From assembly GCA_951406725.2 (NCBI GenBank), contig OX597815.1:45570001-45634000 (forward strand): 64,000 nucleotides of DNA. The letters are read 5' to 3'. Origin of the DNA: Octopus vulgaris (taxonomy: Eukaryota). Positions 51,546 through 63,822 of the stretch are shown here, in pieces (position 1 is the first letter of the stretch; each line of letters begins with the position of its first letter). The translations under genes and the position numbers were made by a program. Below the pieces are notes generated by a model. It saw only the letters and a program-made list of their open reading frames with translations. It was not told where the DNA came from and ran no database searches.

Positions 51546-52699
51546 TATCAGGTTGTAACGAAAGTCCTGTCCATTTTTTTAATTGAAATAAAAATGAAAA
51601 TACAGCCATAAATAGATTTATATAATCTTCAACATGGTCACCGTTCTTTTCAATGACATCTTTCCATCTCTCCGTTAGCTTTTTGATACCCTTTTCATAA
51701 AATTCATTTGGTTTTGACTTGAAAACAGAAACTAGTTTCATTTCAACCTCTTCACTTGAAGTCCTGCAAAATGATTCTGTAAGCTTCTAAAAAGATAGTA
51801 ATCTGTTGGAGCAAGGTCAGGAGAGTGTGGTGGGTGAAGTATAATTTCCCAACCAAATTCTTCTAGGAGATTCTAAGTCACTCTTGCTGCAAAACTATTT
51901 ATAAACATCTTAACTGCTAGCCATAACCTTCAGCTGTTATTGTTTGATTGTCATCTAAAGAGCTCATAATAAACAATTCCCCTCATGTCCCACCATACAC
52001 TCAAAAGAATCTTCTTTGGATGCAGGCCACTTTGAGGCTGTTGGATAGGCCTTGAATTATAGCTTAACATTATTATAGAGAATCCACTTCTCATCTCTAG
52101 TAATGATTCTGTCTAAAAAAAAAAAAAAAGATGTTTGAAGTTCATGAGAATGCAATGACACATAGCAGTCCACACATTGTTTGTGATTGTTTTTTGACAG
52201 ATCATGTGGAATCCATCTTCCTGCCTTGGAGACTTTACCAAGCCTTCTGTTATTTCACAGTAGATGGTCATATGACTCACATTAAACTCCTTGCTCAGCT
52301 CCCTAGTTGTAATGGTTGGATTTCCATCAACAGTAGCTTGCAATTCCTAAGAATTGTGTCCTTTGGGGTGTCCTCCTCTTGCTTCTTCTTTTAGACTGAA
52401 GTCATCCTTTTTGAAGTTACCCTTTCTTTTGAAGGTCCTTTCATTCACCACATCATTTCCATAAGTGCTTTTGAGTGATTTTGCTACTGAATTTGCTATA
52501 TTCTCCTTCTGGAATTCAAATAGTAAAACATGCCGTATGTGCACTTTACTTGAAGTGTATATTTGGGTCATCTGAAAGAAGAAATAATTTTTTAGTTATT
52601 TAGATAGCTACTAATATCATTTAGAACCTAGACTGGTGTAATCATGTCTTATAATTATCCTTAAAAAAAAACAGACAGAACTTTTGTTACAACTTGATA
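51546..52699 (-). mobile_element. Near full-length degenerate mariner element
   Basis: TIRs TATCAGGTTGTAACGAAAGTCCTGTC / GACAGAACTTTTGTTACAACTTGATA; HTH N-terminus HIRHVLLFEFQK, a SPDLAPTDY remnant, and FYEKGIKKL.ERW..VIEKNGDH C-terminus. Confidence 0.92.
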
Positions 52700-52816
52700 A
52701 TATAGCTCATTTTAAAACAGGATGACTAGAAGTCTCAGGAGAGTTGAAATCAATTTTTAAAAAAAAACTATCTTTTGTACATTCATTAGTAAGAATTGTC
52801 ATTATTTACTTATCAG

Positions 52817-52892
52817 AAATGGAACCTCATTTGTTGAATAATATTCTATTGACTGGTGGAAATTGCTTCCTTCCTGGTTTCAAAGAACGTTT
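52817..52892 (+). CDS. ACTR6: ACTR6 exon 10 (EMEPHLLNNILLTGGNCFLPGFKER-F)
   Basis: Acceptor TATCAG, donor TT|GTAAGT; 76 nt; adenosine-binding NI.LTGG...PGF..R motif. Confidence 0.96.
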
Positions 52893-53878
52893 GTAAGTTG
52901 GAATTTTATTATTCTTATTTTCTTTTACATTTTTCACCTAATGTTGCTGTTCACATGCATTGGAGTTTGTAAATTGAAATTTTTGCATGGCTGTGTGGAT
53001 AGGAAGCGTGCTCATGGTTTTGAGTTCAATCCATCTGTGTGGCACCTTGGGCAAGTGTCTTCCACTATAGCCATGGATAAACCAATACCTAGTAAGTGAA
53101 TTTGGTGGAAACTGAAAGAAGCCTGTCATATACATTTATGTGTGTGTGTCAGTGTTTGTCCCCCATGCCACTTGATAACTGGTGTTGGTTTGTTTATGTC
53201 TGAGAACAAGTGCCAGATTAAAAAAGATAAGTACCAAGATCAATATGATATGATTCTGTGAACTGAGCCTTCATTTCTGGATCACAAAGATAAACCTATG
53301 TTCTCTTCCTTGTTATTAGATTAGAAAAAATTATGCCTTCTTTGATTTCAAATGCTTCTTGCAGATCAAAGCAGACTTCCATCGTTGTCTTCTTCAAATC
53401 AGTTGTCAATTGCTGAGGTATCTCCTTTTCACACACATTGAAAATCCCAAATTCTTTCACCATATATTTTTTTTATATGTGTGTGGATCAAAATAGTTTG
53501 ATTCAAATTCTGTGGTACTTAAAGTTTCAAAGCATAAGATAATGCTTATCCTCAGCCATTGGAAATCTGAATGAGAACTCAGTTGGAGAAAGTCGGATGG
53601 TATTACTGATAGATGGACTGCGATTGGTCGAGAAAGATCATGCAGTGTCACAGTTTGATGTTGGTATTTCATCGACAACAATTACTTGGAAAATACTGTG
53701 TACTGAACAGGAAATCGACCATGTGGTTCACAGGAAATCAGTTGCATGGTTGAAGGAAAGTAGGCAGGGGCAGGGTGACACTGTATCTATGGTTATAAGT
53801 AAGCATACATACACGCACATGTGGATGCATGTATGCATTTGTGCAGGTGTATGTAAGATACATAAAATTGCAGGTGTT

Positions 53879-53928
<50 letters not shown>

Positions 53929-54355
53929 TGTACATACAAGAACACATGTACATGCATCCATCAGTTTCCATCTATGAAATCTACTCACAAGGCTTTGGTT
54001 ATCTCTGGGCTACAATAGAAAATACTTGCCCAAAGTGTCTACCCATGCCTCTATATGTATGTATATATTAATATATGTGTGTGTGTGTATTAATATATAT
54101 GGTATTGCTCAGCACCATACCATCAGCGATGTTGTTTCCTCCTTTGAGCTCTCTCGCAGTATCTCTCTTGAAGACAAATGTCAGAGACGAAAAAATTATG
54201 CAGCTGCATCATCAGACCATGGACAACCATACCTCTGTGATCATTGCAATTGGATATGTCGATCCCACATCAGCCATGAATGAGCATACAGATAACATAG
54301 ATAACAGCCTTCCTAATCTTTGTCAGTGAAGTGAATCCAAGATATATATATATGT

Positions 54356-54401
<46 letters not shown>

Positions 54402-55261
54402 ATATAAATAATATAAATGATATATACATATATGGGCACAGGACATCACAGAAAGTAAACATGAAATATGGAAACAACGTGAATACGAAAACATGGAATA
54501 CAAACTTTTTTTGCGAACAACAAAAGAAACAAATGGAAAACAAGACAGGCAACATAAAGAACGACCCTTCATCAGTTGTCAGCTGTTTTTCTACTCTGTA
54601 TTTCAAGCAATTCACAAGATACGCTTTTGACAAAACAGTTGCTCCCGCAAAGCAAATTAAATAAAATTTGGGATTTTGCAGAGGGTCAAAGTTGGTAAGA
54701 AAAACAGGACAGTGAAAACAAACAGAGATGCTTTAGCCTATGTAGAGGTGGCAGTGGCTGGTTACGGGGTGGATCGCTGTAGGTTTCTTTGATATGAGCG
54801 TCCAATTCCTCTTTCGTACACAATAAAGTGCCACTCTACAGTTCAGTGACCAGCTTCTTAGTAAACCTGTACTGGTCCTTCAGAAAATGATGCCTAGTCC
54901 TTTTACTTTCCTTTCATCGCTCATATTAGCGGATATGTCGTTGCACGTAACAGCATTTCCTTTTCAAATCATTGTACAGTAGTGCGAGGCCAGGATTTTC
55001 ATCTTCTGTAGCACATTTCCATCGCTTTCTTAGGCTGGTCTTTTCCTTCCTCAACTGTTTCATGCTGGATATTCAAGAACCAAATGAAGGGCAGATTTTC
55101 AATCCAGGATCATCCTGATTCCAAATACATATAATATGTTTATGTAGAGCAAATGTAGACTGAGATACAAGGGTCCTGGACAGACAGACAGAGTTTTGCG
55201 TTTATTATTATAGATAAAATTTTGATGTTTCTATTTATTATCTGTTTGTATTGCTTTTCAG

Positions 55262-55324
55262 TGTAAAAGAAGTGAGAAGTATGATCCCCATTGAATATGA
55301 TCTCAAAGTAACCATGCCAGACAA
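55262..55324 (+). CDS. ACTR6: ACTR6 exon 11 (VKEVRSMIPIEYDLKVTMPD-N)
   Basis: Acceptor TTTCAG, donor AA|GTAAGG; 63 nt; phases fit exons 10 and 12. Confidence 0.92.
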
Positions 55325-56877
55325 GTAAGGATATGTATTTATGTAATATACTTGTTTCTCTATTGCTTTATTACTTCAGAGTTGTATTTGCTTGGCAGCT
55401 GACATAATTTGAGATTTTTGTGTGTAGAAAATGAAATGGTTAGAATGTGGGAATGTCATTGTAACCATTACATATACAATTGCATGGCTGTGTGGTTATG
55501 AAGCTTACTTCCCAACCATGTGGGTCTAGTTTCAATCCCACTGCACAGCACCTTAGGCAAGTGTCTTCTCCTATAATCCTTGGCTGACCAATTCCTTTTG
55601 AGTTTATTTGGTTGATGGTATGTATTTTATGTATTATGTTTGTTCCTTACCAACACTTGACAACTGGCACTAGTTTGCTTATGTCTCTGTGACTTAACAG
55701 TTTTGCAAAAGAGACTGATAGAATAAGTACCAGGCTTAAAACATAAATACTGGGGTCGATTTGTTAAACTAAATCCTTCCAAGCAATGCCCCAGCATGGT
55801 ACAGTCCAGTGACTGAACCAAGTAAAAGATAAAGAACATCATCATCATTTAATGTATATATTCCATGTCAGCATGAGCTGGGTATTACGATAGGACCTGA
55901 CTAGCTAGAGGATTGAATTGGAATCCAATGTCTACTTTGGTTAGGTTTCTATGGCTGGACGTCCTCCATGAGATTTGATGCAGTTTATGTAGTGTATGAG
56001 TATCTGTTTATCTGTAATTACATTAAGGGAATTCCAGAGGGTTGACATTCTGTAAAAATTACCTACTGGACTTTGTAATTAGTGTAGAAGACAAGGACAG
56101 GCACAGCATAAGTGAAGAAAGGCAGAGAGATGGGTATGTGAGCTGGATCTAGATAGAGGTGGTATGCAATTGGCCCCCCTCCCTCTGATGAATATGAGCC
56201 ATTGTGAAGCAATGTAGTAGGTAGAGTGAAGAGACAGTTTGCCTGTGTGTTCATGAGGGAGTTTTATATTACTACTGTTAGTATTTTGAACTCATATTCT
56301 TGCATATTATTTTACTTTCTCAGTCAGTATAGTTGAAAATGAAAGGTATTCTGTCTGTTTTACGGTTGAAATAGTGAGTACTATGAACATTAAGCAGCTG
56401 AATACCAACTGCTTCAGTATTTGAATTTGATATCAAAATTTGTGTTACTGTAGTAACCATTCCAAAGCTAACAGTTGAGTTTGGTCCTGTCCTCTGGCTT
56501 GCCAGCACCAGTCAAACCATCTAATCCATGCCAGCATGGAAAGTGAACATTAAATGATGATAGTAATGATTTTTGCAATCATATAGAAGCTAAACTGATA
56601 ATTTAACAATTTTTGGGGGCTCCAAGATGTATGTGTATTAATTAGTGATTACACTGACGTTTTGATCAATTTGGAGGAGTTTTATGAAGTTATTACTTAA
56701 TAGGCACAGGCATGGCTGTGTGGTAAGAAGCTTGCTTCCCACTCACATGGTTCTTGGTTCAGTCCCATTGCACAGCACCTTGGGCAAGTGTCTTCTCCTA
56801 TAGCCTTGGGACAGCCAAAGCCTAGTGAGTGGATTTGGTAGATAGAAACTGAAAGAAATTGGTTGTATGTATATATA

Positions 56878-57114
56878 TCTACTATATATTTGTGAAAAGG
56901 GCGGATGTTGTCTCTCAAGCAATTGTGCAGGCAAAAGTGTTAGTAAATGTGGTCAGATTGACCTTAAAATTTGCACACCTGTGTTAAAAGTGCTAGGGAG
57001 TTTGCATGGCAACTTTGAATTTGCTCAATTGAAAGGCGTGGCCTCTAGGGCAAAATTCCTCATCTTTAAAATGTGGCCCAAGTAGACATGTATGAAATCG
57101 GGTTATAAAACTAG
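56878..57114 (+). mobile_element. Small Helitron-like insertion inside a SINE (TA)n tract
   Basis: A|TCTACTATATATT ... AAACTAG|T termini. Confidence 0.55.
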
Positions 57115-57585
57115 TATATATATATGAGAAAAGGTTGAGTTCTATTTCATCCTTTACTTTGGAGGGTTCCAAAGGTCAATTTTTAATAAAGATTTTTCAT
57201 TATTTCATTGGTAGCTTACTGTTGTAAGAATTTTGCGAATATGAAAATGCTACAAGTATAAAGTGTATTATGAGAATTTATAGAACAAGTATCCTATAGA
57301 AACTCAACAAACTGTTAAAGATGGAGAAGAGAAGATGTTCAAGATTATATATTTGTGTGTGTCTTTCTGTTTATCCTCCACCCCCATTACTGCTTGACAA
57401 CTAGTGTTGGAGTGTTTATGTCCCCATAACCTAGAAGTTCAGAGTTCAGCAAAAGAGACTGATAGAATAAATATTAGGCTTTAAAAAAAAAGTCCTGGGG
57501 TTGATTTGTTTGACTAAAACCCTACGAGGCTGTGCTCCAGCATGGCTACAGTCAAATGACTGAAACAGGTAAAAGAATATATATA

Positions 57586-58214
57586 CTAGCAGTATAGTCC
57601 GGCGTTGCTTGGGTTTGTTTTTTAGTTGCGCTTAAAACGGCAGACTTTGATGTCACGTTAACAACATTCTGTCTTACGCTAAAGCAATTGGTTTTTCTCA
57701 CAAAAAATTGATTGAAATTGCTGAATTTTACTCAACGGTGTAGCAGCTGACGACCATGAAAATTAGTGTATTCATGCAGCGAACATTACTCCTCTGCATT
57801 GGATCAGTTGATCTGTCTTTCACTCAAAACCAATGACACCACAAAGAAATTCTTTTCGACCCTTTAAAATTGGAATTTTTGAAAAGTAAAAATTTTGCAT
57901 TATGTAGCTTGTTATTCTCTTTAAGTGAACATTTTTCTGGTTGAAATACACCGAAAAATGGTGACACAGCAGTAAAAAAATTGTAAAAAATAGGGATTTT
58001 CATAGAAAAAAGCACCTTTTTGATGTAAATAATTTTTGGTCTTAACATGGTCTGATTTGAATTTTTTCTTCTATGGAATGAAGAGCAAGCCTTCTTCAAT
58101 CATACTCTCAATTTTGGTCAACTTGCGCCGCAGGGTCTCGGAGGAGATAGTGTTGAAGGCTACCAAACCTGCCACACACACGCACACAGACAACTTCAGC
58201 TTTATATATATAGA
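57586..58214 (-). mobile_element. Non-autonomous Helitron
   Basis: Minus strand TCTATATATATAAAGCTGAAGTTG ... CCCAAGCAACGCCGG ... CTAG. Confidence 0.88.
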
Positions 58215-58801
58215 TTAAGGAGTAATTCATATTTCAAACTTTACTACTACATCTGTTTAGTGGTTACTAAGTTGGCAAAATTTCCACTTGTACTCAATTG
58301 CTTATGACAAGAAAGACATCGAGCTGTGTACACAAATATTTCAACCATATGAAATATCTAATCCATGTTAGCACAGGAGAAAAGGTGTTACACAGTGAAA
58401 AAACAAAAAGTAGGAGGTTAGGCAGGCATGACTGTGCGGTTAATGAACTTGCTTCCCAAGCATATGGTCTCAAGTTCAGTCCCACTGTGCAGCACCTTGG
58501 GCAGATATCTTCTATAACCCTGGACTGACCAAAGCCTTGTAAATGAATCTGGTAGATGAAACTGAAAGAAGTCCATCATGTGTGTGTGTGTGTGTGTGTG
58601 TGTGAGACTTGTTTCAACATCACATGATTGCTGTAAGTATCACCATCATAAAAGCAATGCTGTTCATTTCTAGTCATCCATGAAAAACAAATCAGGACAT
58701 AAGGAATATTAATGTTCATCTATTTATTGTTTTAATAATTTTTTTCTTTACTTTTCCTAAATGTTATATTACTTTGTTCATTTTCACAATTTTCTTTTCA
58801 G

Positions 58802-58931
58802 TCCACAGACTTATGCTTGGCATGGAGGTGCACAGTTGGCTTCTGATCCTAAATTTTCATCTATGGTTGTCACCAAGCATCAATATGAAGAATATGGACA
58901 CAGCATTTGTGCAGATAAATTCAATGTATAA
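58802..58931 (+). CDS. ACTR6: ACTR6 last coding exon 12 (PQTYAWHGGAQLASDPKFSSMVVTKHQYEEYGHSICADKFNV*)
   Basis: Acceptor TTTCAG; YAW.GG and YEE.G actin C-terminal motifs; TAA at 58929-58931; exon total 1191 nt = 396 aa plus stop. Confidence 0.96.
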
Positions 58932-60792
58932 GATCAAAACATCAATTATAATCACTCATTAATCAAAGTCATTTGTGTAATGGATGTCATTATTCATAAT
59001 ATTCATTCAGATTTCTTGGTTCACTACATCAAGTATGCTAGCTCCCATTTTAAATATTGTATATTCTGTGCTTCCTTTATTCATTGTTTAAAATCTTAAT
59101 CATGAAAAGAAATACACTACATGTTTGCAGGTAAAAGAGAAAAAGGGAGAAATGGAGAGTATGATGGATGTCAGTAATAAGTAACTTAGGAGAGAGAGAG
59201 GGAATGGTGGCTGGCTGTAAGTTGGAGATAATCTTACTAGTAGAGTGCAAGTGATGTATAATTTAGATGACAATTGCAAGAGAGCGTGCGATGTCAATAA
59301 AAAACAGTGAGCTGAGAGGGAATGATGACAAGCAGCACAAAAGGGTAAATGGAAATCATTAGATCTGATGCAGACCCTCGTTATACAGGCATCATGATGG
59401 GAGACAGTTGCTAGTTGCAGCTTACATGCATGTAGGTAAGAAAGAGAAGATGTGTAATGGGTAGTTACAGAAATGGTTGGCAGTAAGAGAGTGTGAAGGC
59501 AGTATGGTGCAGTGAATGAAAGATGAACTATAGAGAGATTTGATGGTATCAAATTGACAAGAGGAGTAATTAGATGGAGACTTAGTAAGTACAAAATAGA
59601 TAGGAGACTCAGGTATAAATGTATATTATATATCCCAGCCTCCATCACTACCTACATTTTAGCAGATGTTTCATTATGCTTGCATAGATACATCTACGCA
59701 TGTATCTTCTCCAGTATCATTTATCATCAATCATCATGGTCTTTTATCATCTCCTTTGTGATGTGAGACCAGTCTTCACTACTTTGTCCCAAGTTTTCCT
59801 TGGTCTCTCTCTTGCTCCAATCACCTTGGTTCCATTCACTTTGAGCATACAGCCCTTTTTTTCATATCTTCCATACACATCACATGCTCATATCAAATCA
59901 GACTTTTCACTTGCATATCATTCCTTGTTCCTCTTATAATCCATTTTACTTTCATTTCATTTGTACTCCGTAATTCTTGTACACTAACATTACATATGCA
60001 GTGAAACATGGTCACTTCATTTCTTTTCTAATCTTTGCATCTCCTCTGCATTCAAGGTTCATGTCTCAATACCTTCAGCATTGCACTTTGTACACAAGCA
60101 TCTACTTTTTCAGCCTTTTCTGACTCTGATCACTGCACTCTCAGAACCCCACCCCCACTGCTAATTAGGTCATTTAGTAACAAAAACTATGAGCTGCTCT
60201 AGGAACTGTCTGAGCATTTGAGAGAATCCATTTCATGGGTGCTCTTAGGTTGTATTGCTCCAGTACACCTGCTGCGTATAAAGTCTTAACTTCTCTGTTT
60301 ACCTACCTGTGATCTCACAACACCTCTTGTATTTTCATTATTTACATTACTCACTCTATGTAATTTTTGCTTTTTCTTTTCCTCTACAACCATTTTACAG
60401 ATGGTAGCAAAGTTACAATTCATTTTTTCTATCGCTATTGGATCTATTGTCTAAATCATTTCAATTTTGGAAATTGAAATATCTGATTCATAATCACACA
60501 TATGGTTTTTGTTTGCCATTTATTTTGCTAAATTTTTCTGGCTTCTTTCTAAAATCCTTCAAATTCAAACTCACTACTTGACAATATGAAACCAGTATTC
60601 ATTTTTCACCCATAGTAAAAAGTTTCAGAAAATTGAATTAGGGAAAAATGTGGGGGAAAAAATCTCCAAAATTTTGCAGAGCTCAGATATTATGAAAAAT
60701 GATGTCGGACAATGTAACCCAATTGTTTATATAGTGAAATCACTTGTTACCATGAATATGTTAATGAGATTTGCACTGAAATTCTTATTTGA

Positions 60793-61011
60793 CCCTTTCA
60801 TTACTGTATTTATTTTGAGATGCTCTGTGTTTCTTTCAGTTACTTTATATATAACAAAGAATTTGGTAAAATAACTTAGTTATCATTCAGCTAGTGTTAG
60901 GAACATAAATTGTGACTAAGGTTTGGTGGAAGATTTTAATTCAAAACTATGAAAACAAGACATTTGTACTCAGAGCCAGAGGCGGTTTCAGCTGGGTTGT
61001 TAATGAAAGGG
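60793..61011. mobile_element. piggyBac-type MITE
   Basis: TTGA-CCCTTTCATTAC ... TAATGAAAGGG-TTAA; reverse-complement homologue of 48168-48377. Confidence 0.85.
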
Positions 61012-63309
61012 TTAAATGTGAATAGGTCATTTCAGGCAAATTTGTGTGGTTTGGTAAGATGAACCAAAAGAGTTTGGGGGCGGTTTTAGGCAGGTTGTTA
61101 ATGAAAGGGGTAAAGCCCTTCAGATCCAGCTTCTGCTTCCCTGCCAGAGTTGATTTTACTCGTCATCTAGTCATTGTCAATTAAATATAAGTGAAGCGTT
61201 TACTGGCCAATGCAGTTGACTATAGCAACTTTCCCACAACTTCAAGGCATTTACCAGTGTAAGAATCAATTATTCTAAAGTCAATATTAAAAAAAGTTAA
61301 AAACTCTTGAGTGCCACAGAAGTAGTGTCTATGTAAGTCAGCTTTATCATTTCATTTTCCCATCTATGCACTTTTCCTCTCTTTCTTTTCTGCTTTTATC
61401 TTTTCATACACCATATTGCCACCTTCTTTACAAATAACACTACCTTTCCCATAATTTTTCCCTAATTTTCTTTCATTTCTGTTTTTGATGAAGGATTACT
61501 GCCTGACATGTTGAATGCTTTATTGCTCTTTTGTCCTTTCTTCACAACATAATTATATACTTTGTACACTTGCATATTATTTTGCTGTGTTTTTTTGTGG
61601 GGGCGTTTTTCTGTTAAGACTCTTTGGATCGGATCTTTCTGCCCTGCTAGATTTCATATCCATTGTCTCCACTACCTCTGTAAACTTCTAGGACATCTCT
61701 ATCTCTATTGCGCACACCAGCCTTTACACTTCTGCCCTTTTATACACCTACTGACTCCAACTCTTACATAGGTTCCATCTCATCCCAACCTCACTCATAC
61801 CAAATCTGCTATCCTCTACTCCTAACCAACTATTGGTGCTACTGCACTACTGAGAGGATCTTCAACCCTCCAACTCGTATCTATCCCACCATCAACATTC
61901 TTTGCTTTCCCTTCATCTACATTCGACCACCTTACCTCTTGAATTCAACACCAAATATCCTAAAGGACACTCATAACTGATCAATGTTTTGTTAGCTTGC
62001 AGCACAGAGTTTCACTGTGCCTGTTGGCTTGAAACAGGAAGCTGCTACAGCAAATTATTCCTATAATATATATCCCCTGGTGATGTCAATAGATGTAATA
62101 AACCATTGTTGGTTAATTCTATGAGTTGAAAATATCAAACAACCAATGACTGTGTCATATTTGGTGGAGACAAATAAAATATTCTTAAAAATATACACCC
62201 AAAAGGTTTTCAACATTTTATAAAAATAAATAGTTAAATTATATTTTTAATTAAATATTAATAATGTTCATGCATTTTGCTTTAATGTGTTAACTACTTA
62301 CACCTGTCTTTTAACAATTTAGTTTGTCTTCGATGTTTGGCTAGACTGTTGAAAATCAAAGTATGCAACTATATGAGTCAGTAACAAAAAGAAAAAACAA
62401 AACTAATTGTTTCTTTTGATGTCATCTGGTTTATATTCCATTTTATTTAATTTCTCATTAGCTATCTCATAGCTCACACCTCTTTAATTTTCTCATGTAA
62501 TATTTGATTGCCCTGAATCTGAAATTGTTTTACTGAATTTCAAAATCAGAATATCAGATATGTAGTAGGCATTTAAAAGCAGGATTGTGAATTAAACAAA
62601 TATTTAGATCAGTTGAAATATGTTTTGAAGACATATCTGACCTATAAAAACACCTGTTTCCAATGCAATTTGCCATGGAGAAAAATCTCACTTTAGGCAA
62701 TATGTGTCAAAACACCGAGTCATCTTATGGCATCCTCTGGCCTACTACATTTTTTTTATTTTTATTCTAGCCTATTTGGCATTGCATTTAATCACTTTAT
62801 ACTGATTTTCTATAGAAGCCATAACAGAGTCATTTCTAAGTTGTCTCCCTTGTACTTTATGCTGAATATAACCAAACAGCTTGAAATGCATTTATTATTC
62901 CACTGGAAGACACTGTGAGATGGCTTGGTATTCTGACACCTGTTGCCTAAAGCTAGATTTTTCTCTATGACAAATTGTGGTGCTAACAGCTTTTTTCACA
63001 AGTCTCAAACATATATGCACTGATCTAAATGTTTGTTTAGAATATCAGGCTTATATCGAATTGTAAGGCTGCTTGTCAGCATTACTCTTCACACATATGT
63101 AATATCCAGCGTTTTGTAGATTGAATTAAATCTCTTAGTACATTACAGGTTCTGTAAAGTGCTCCATACCTTTAAGGTGATATATCCCCTAGGAATATAA
63201 CCAGCTTTTACATGAACAATCAATCCATACATCAATGAAACTGTAAACATTAACTATTGCAATTTTTAATAAATTGTTTGAAGAAAAATAAAAATTACTT
63301 ATCAACTTC

Positions 63310-63609
63310 AGTTCTACATTTAAGAGATGAGGAATTATGTGCATTATTTACATTCAATGGATATTTGTCCTCATCTTGTTTGTTGTTAACACACCGTTTC
63401 GGCTGATATACCCTTTAGGTGTCTTGGGGAAATTTCGAACTTGGGTTCTCATTCCTAAGGTATTTTTTGATGTGATTATTATTATTATTATTATTAACAT
63501 CAAAAAATACCTCGGGAATGAGAACCCAGGTTCGAAATTTCCCCAAGACACCTGAAGAAGGCTTGGAGGGTATATCAGCCGAAACGTTGTGTTAATGTAA
63601 ATAATGCAC
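63310..63609. mobile_element. Second fold-back Penelope-type element
   Basis: Homologous to 37744-38186; inverted arms about 63339-63470 and 63498-63609 around an (ATT)n spacer. Confidence 0.8.
63547..63593 (+). ncRNA. Minimal type I hammerhead ribozyme motif
   Basis: GACAC-CTGAAGA-A-GGCT(tggagggtatatc)AGCC-GAAA-CG-TT-GTGTT: stem I GACAC/GTGTT, conserved CUGANGA and GAAA, stem II, palindromic AACGTT in place of stem III, GUU triplet at 63586-63588. Confidence 0.72.
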
Positions 63610-63822
63610 CTTCAGTTTTGTTAACCTTTTCAGGGTCATAATTCTTTATAAGCCAATGGTTTTGGAGGACCAAATAGTATACATTCTCTGGAATGTGGCT
63701 ACAGCTTTACCAATGGTTGATATTAGACTCTGTATCACCATTGTTACTGATGACACTATCCAGATAGGTAAGCAAAGATTTGCATCAAACGTAAACCACG
63801 AAAGACTGATAAACATTATAGT

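Noticed and set aside
24439-58801. U12-type introns in ACTR6
   Set aside because: All 11 introns are GT-AG and none has the GTATCCTT donor; intron 1 GTATTA is only superficially similar.
63168-63240. Possible minus-strand exon (SLMYGLIVHVKAGYIPRGYITLK) of a convergent gene
   Set aside because: Plausible AG/GT boundaries, but no recognisable homology and no partner exons; unsupported without RNA data.
63634-63767. Exon-like segment with CAG acceptor, open frame and GTAAGC donor (ORF 63656..63913)
   Set aside because: The minus strand reads TYLDSVISNNGDTESNIN / IGKAVATFQRMYTIWSSK, a LINE RT C-terminal remnant, so the splice signals are probably fortuitous.
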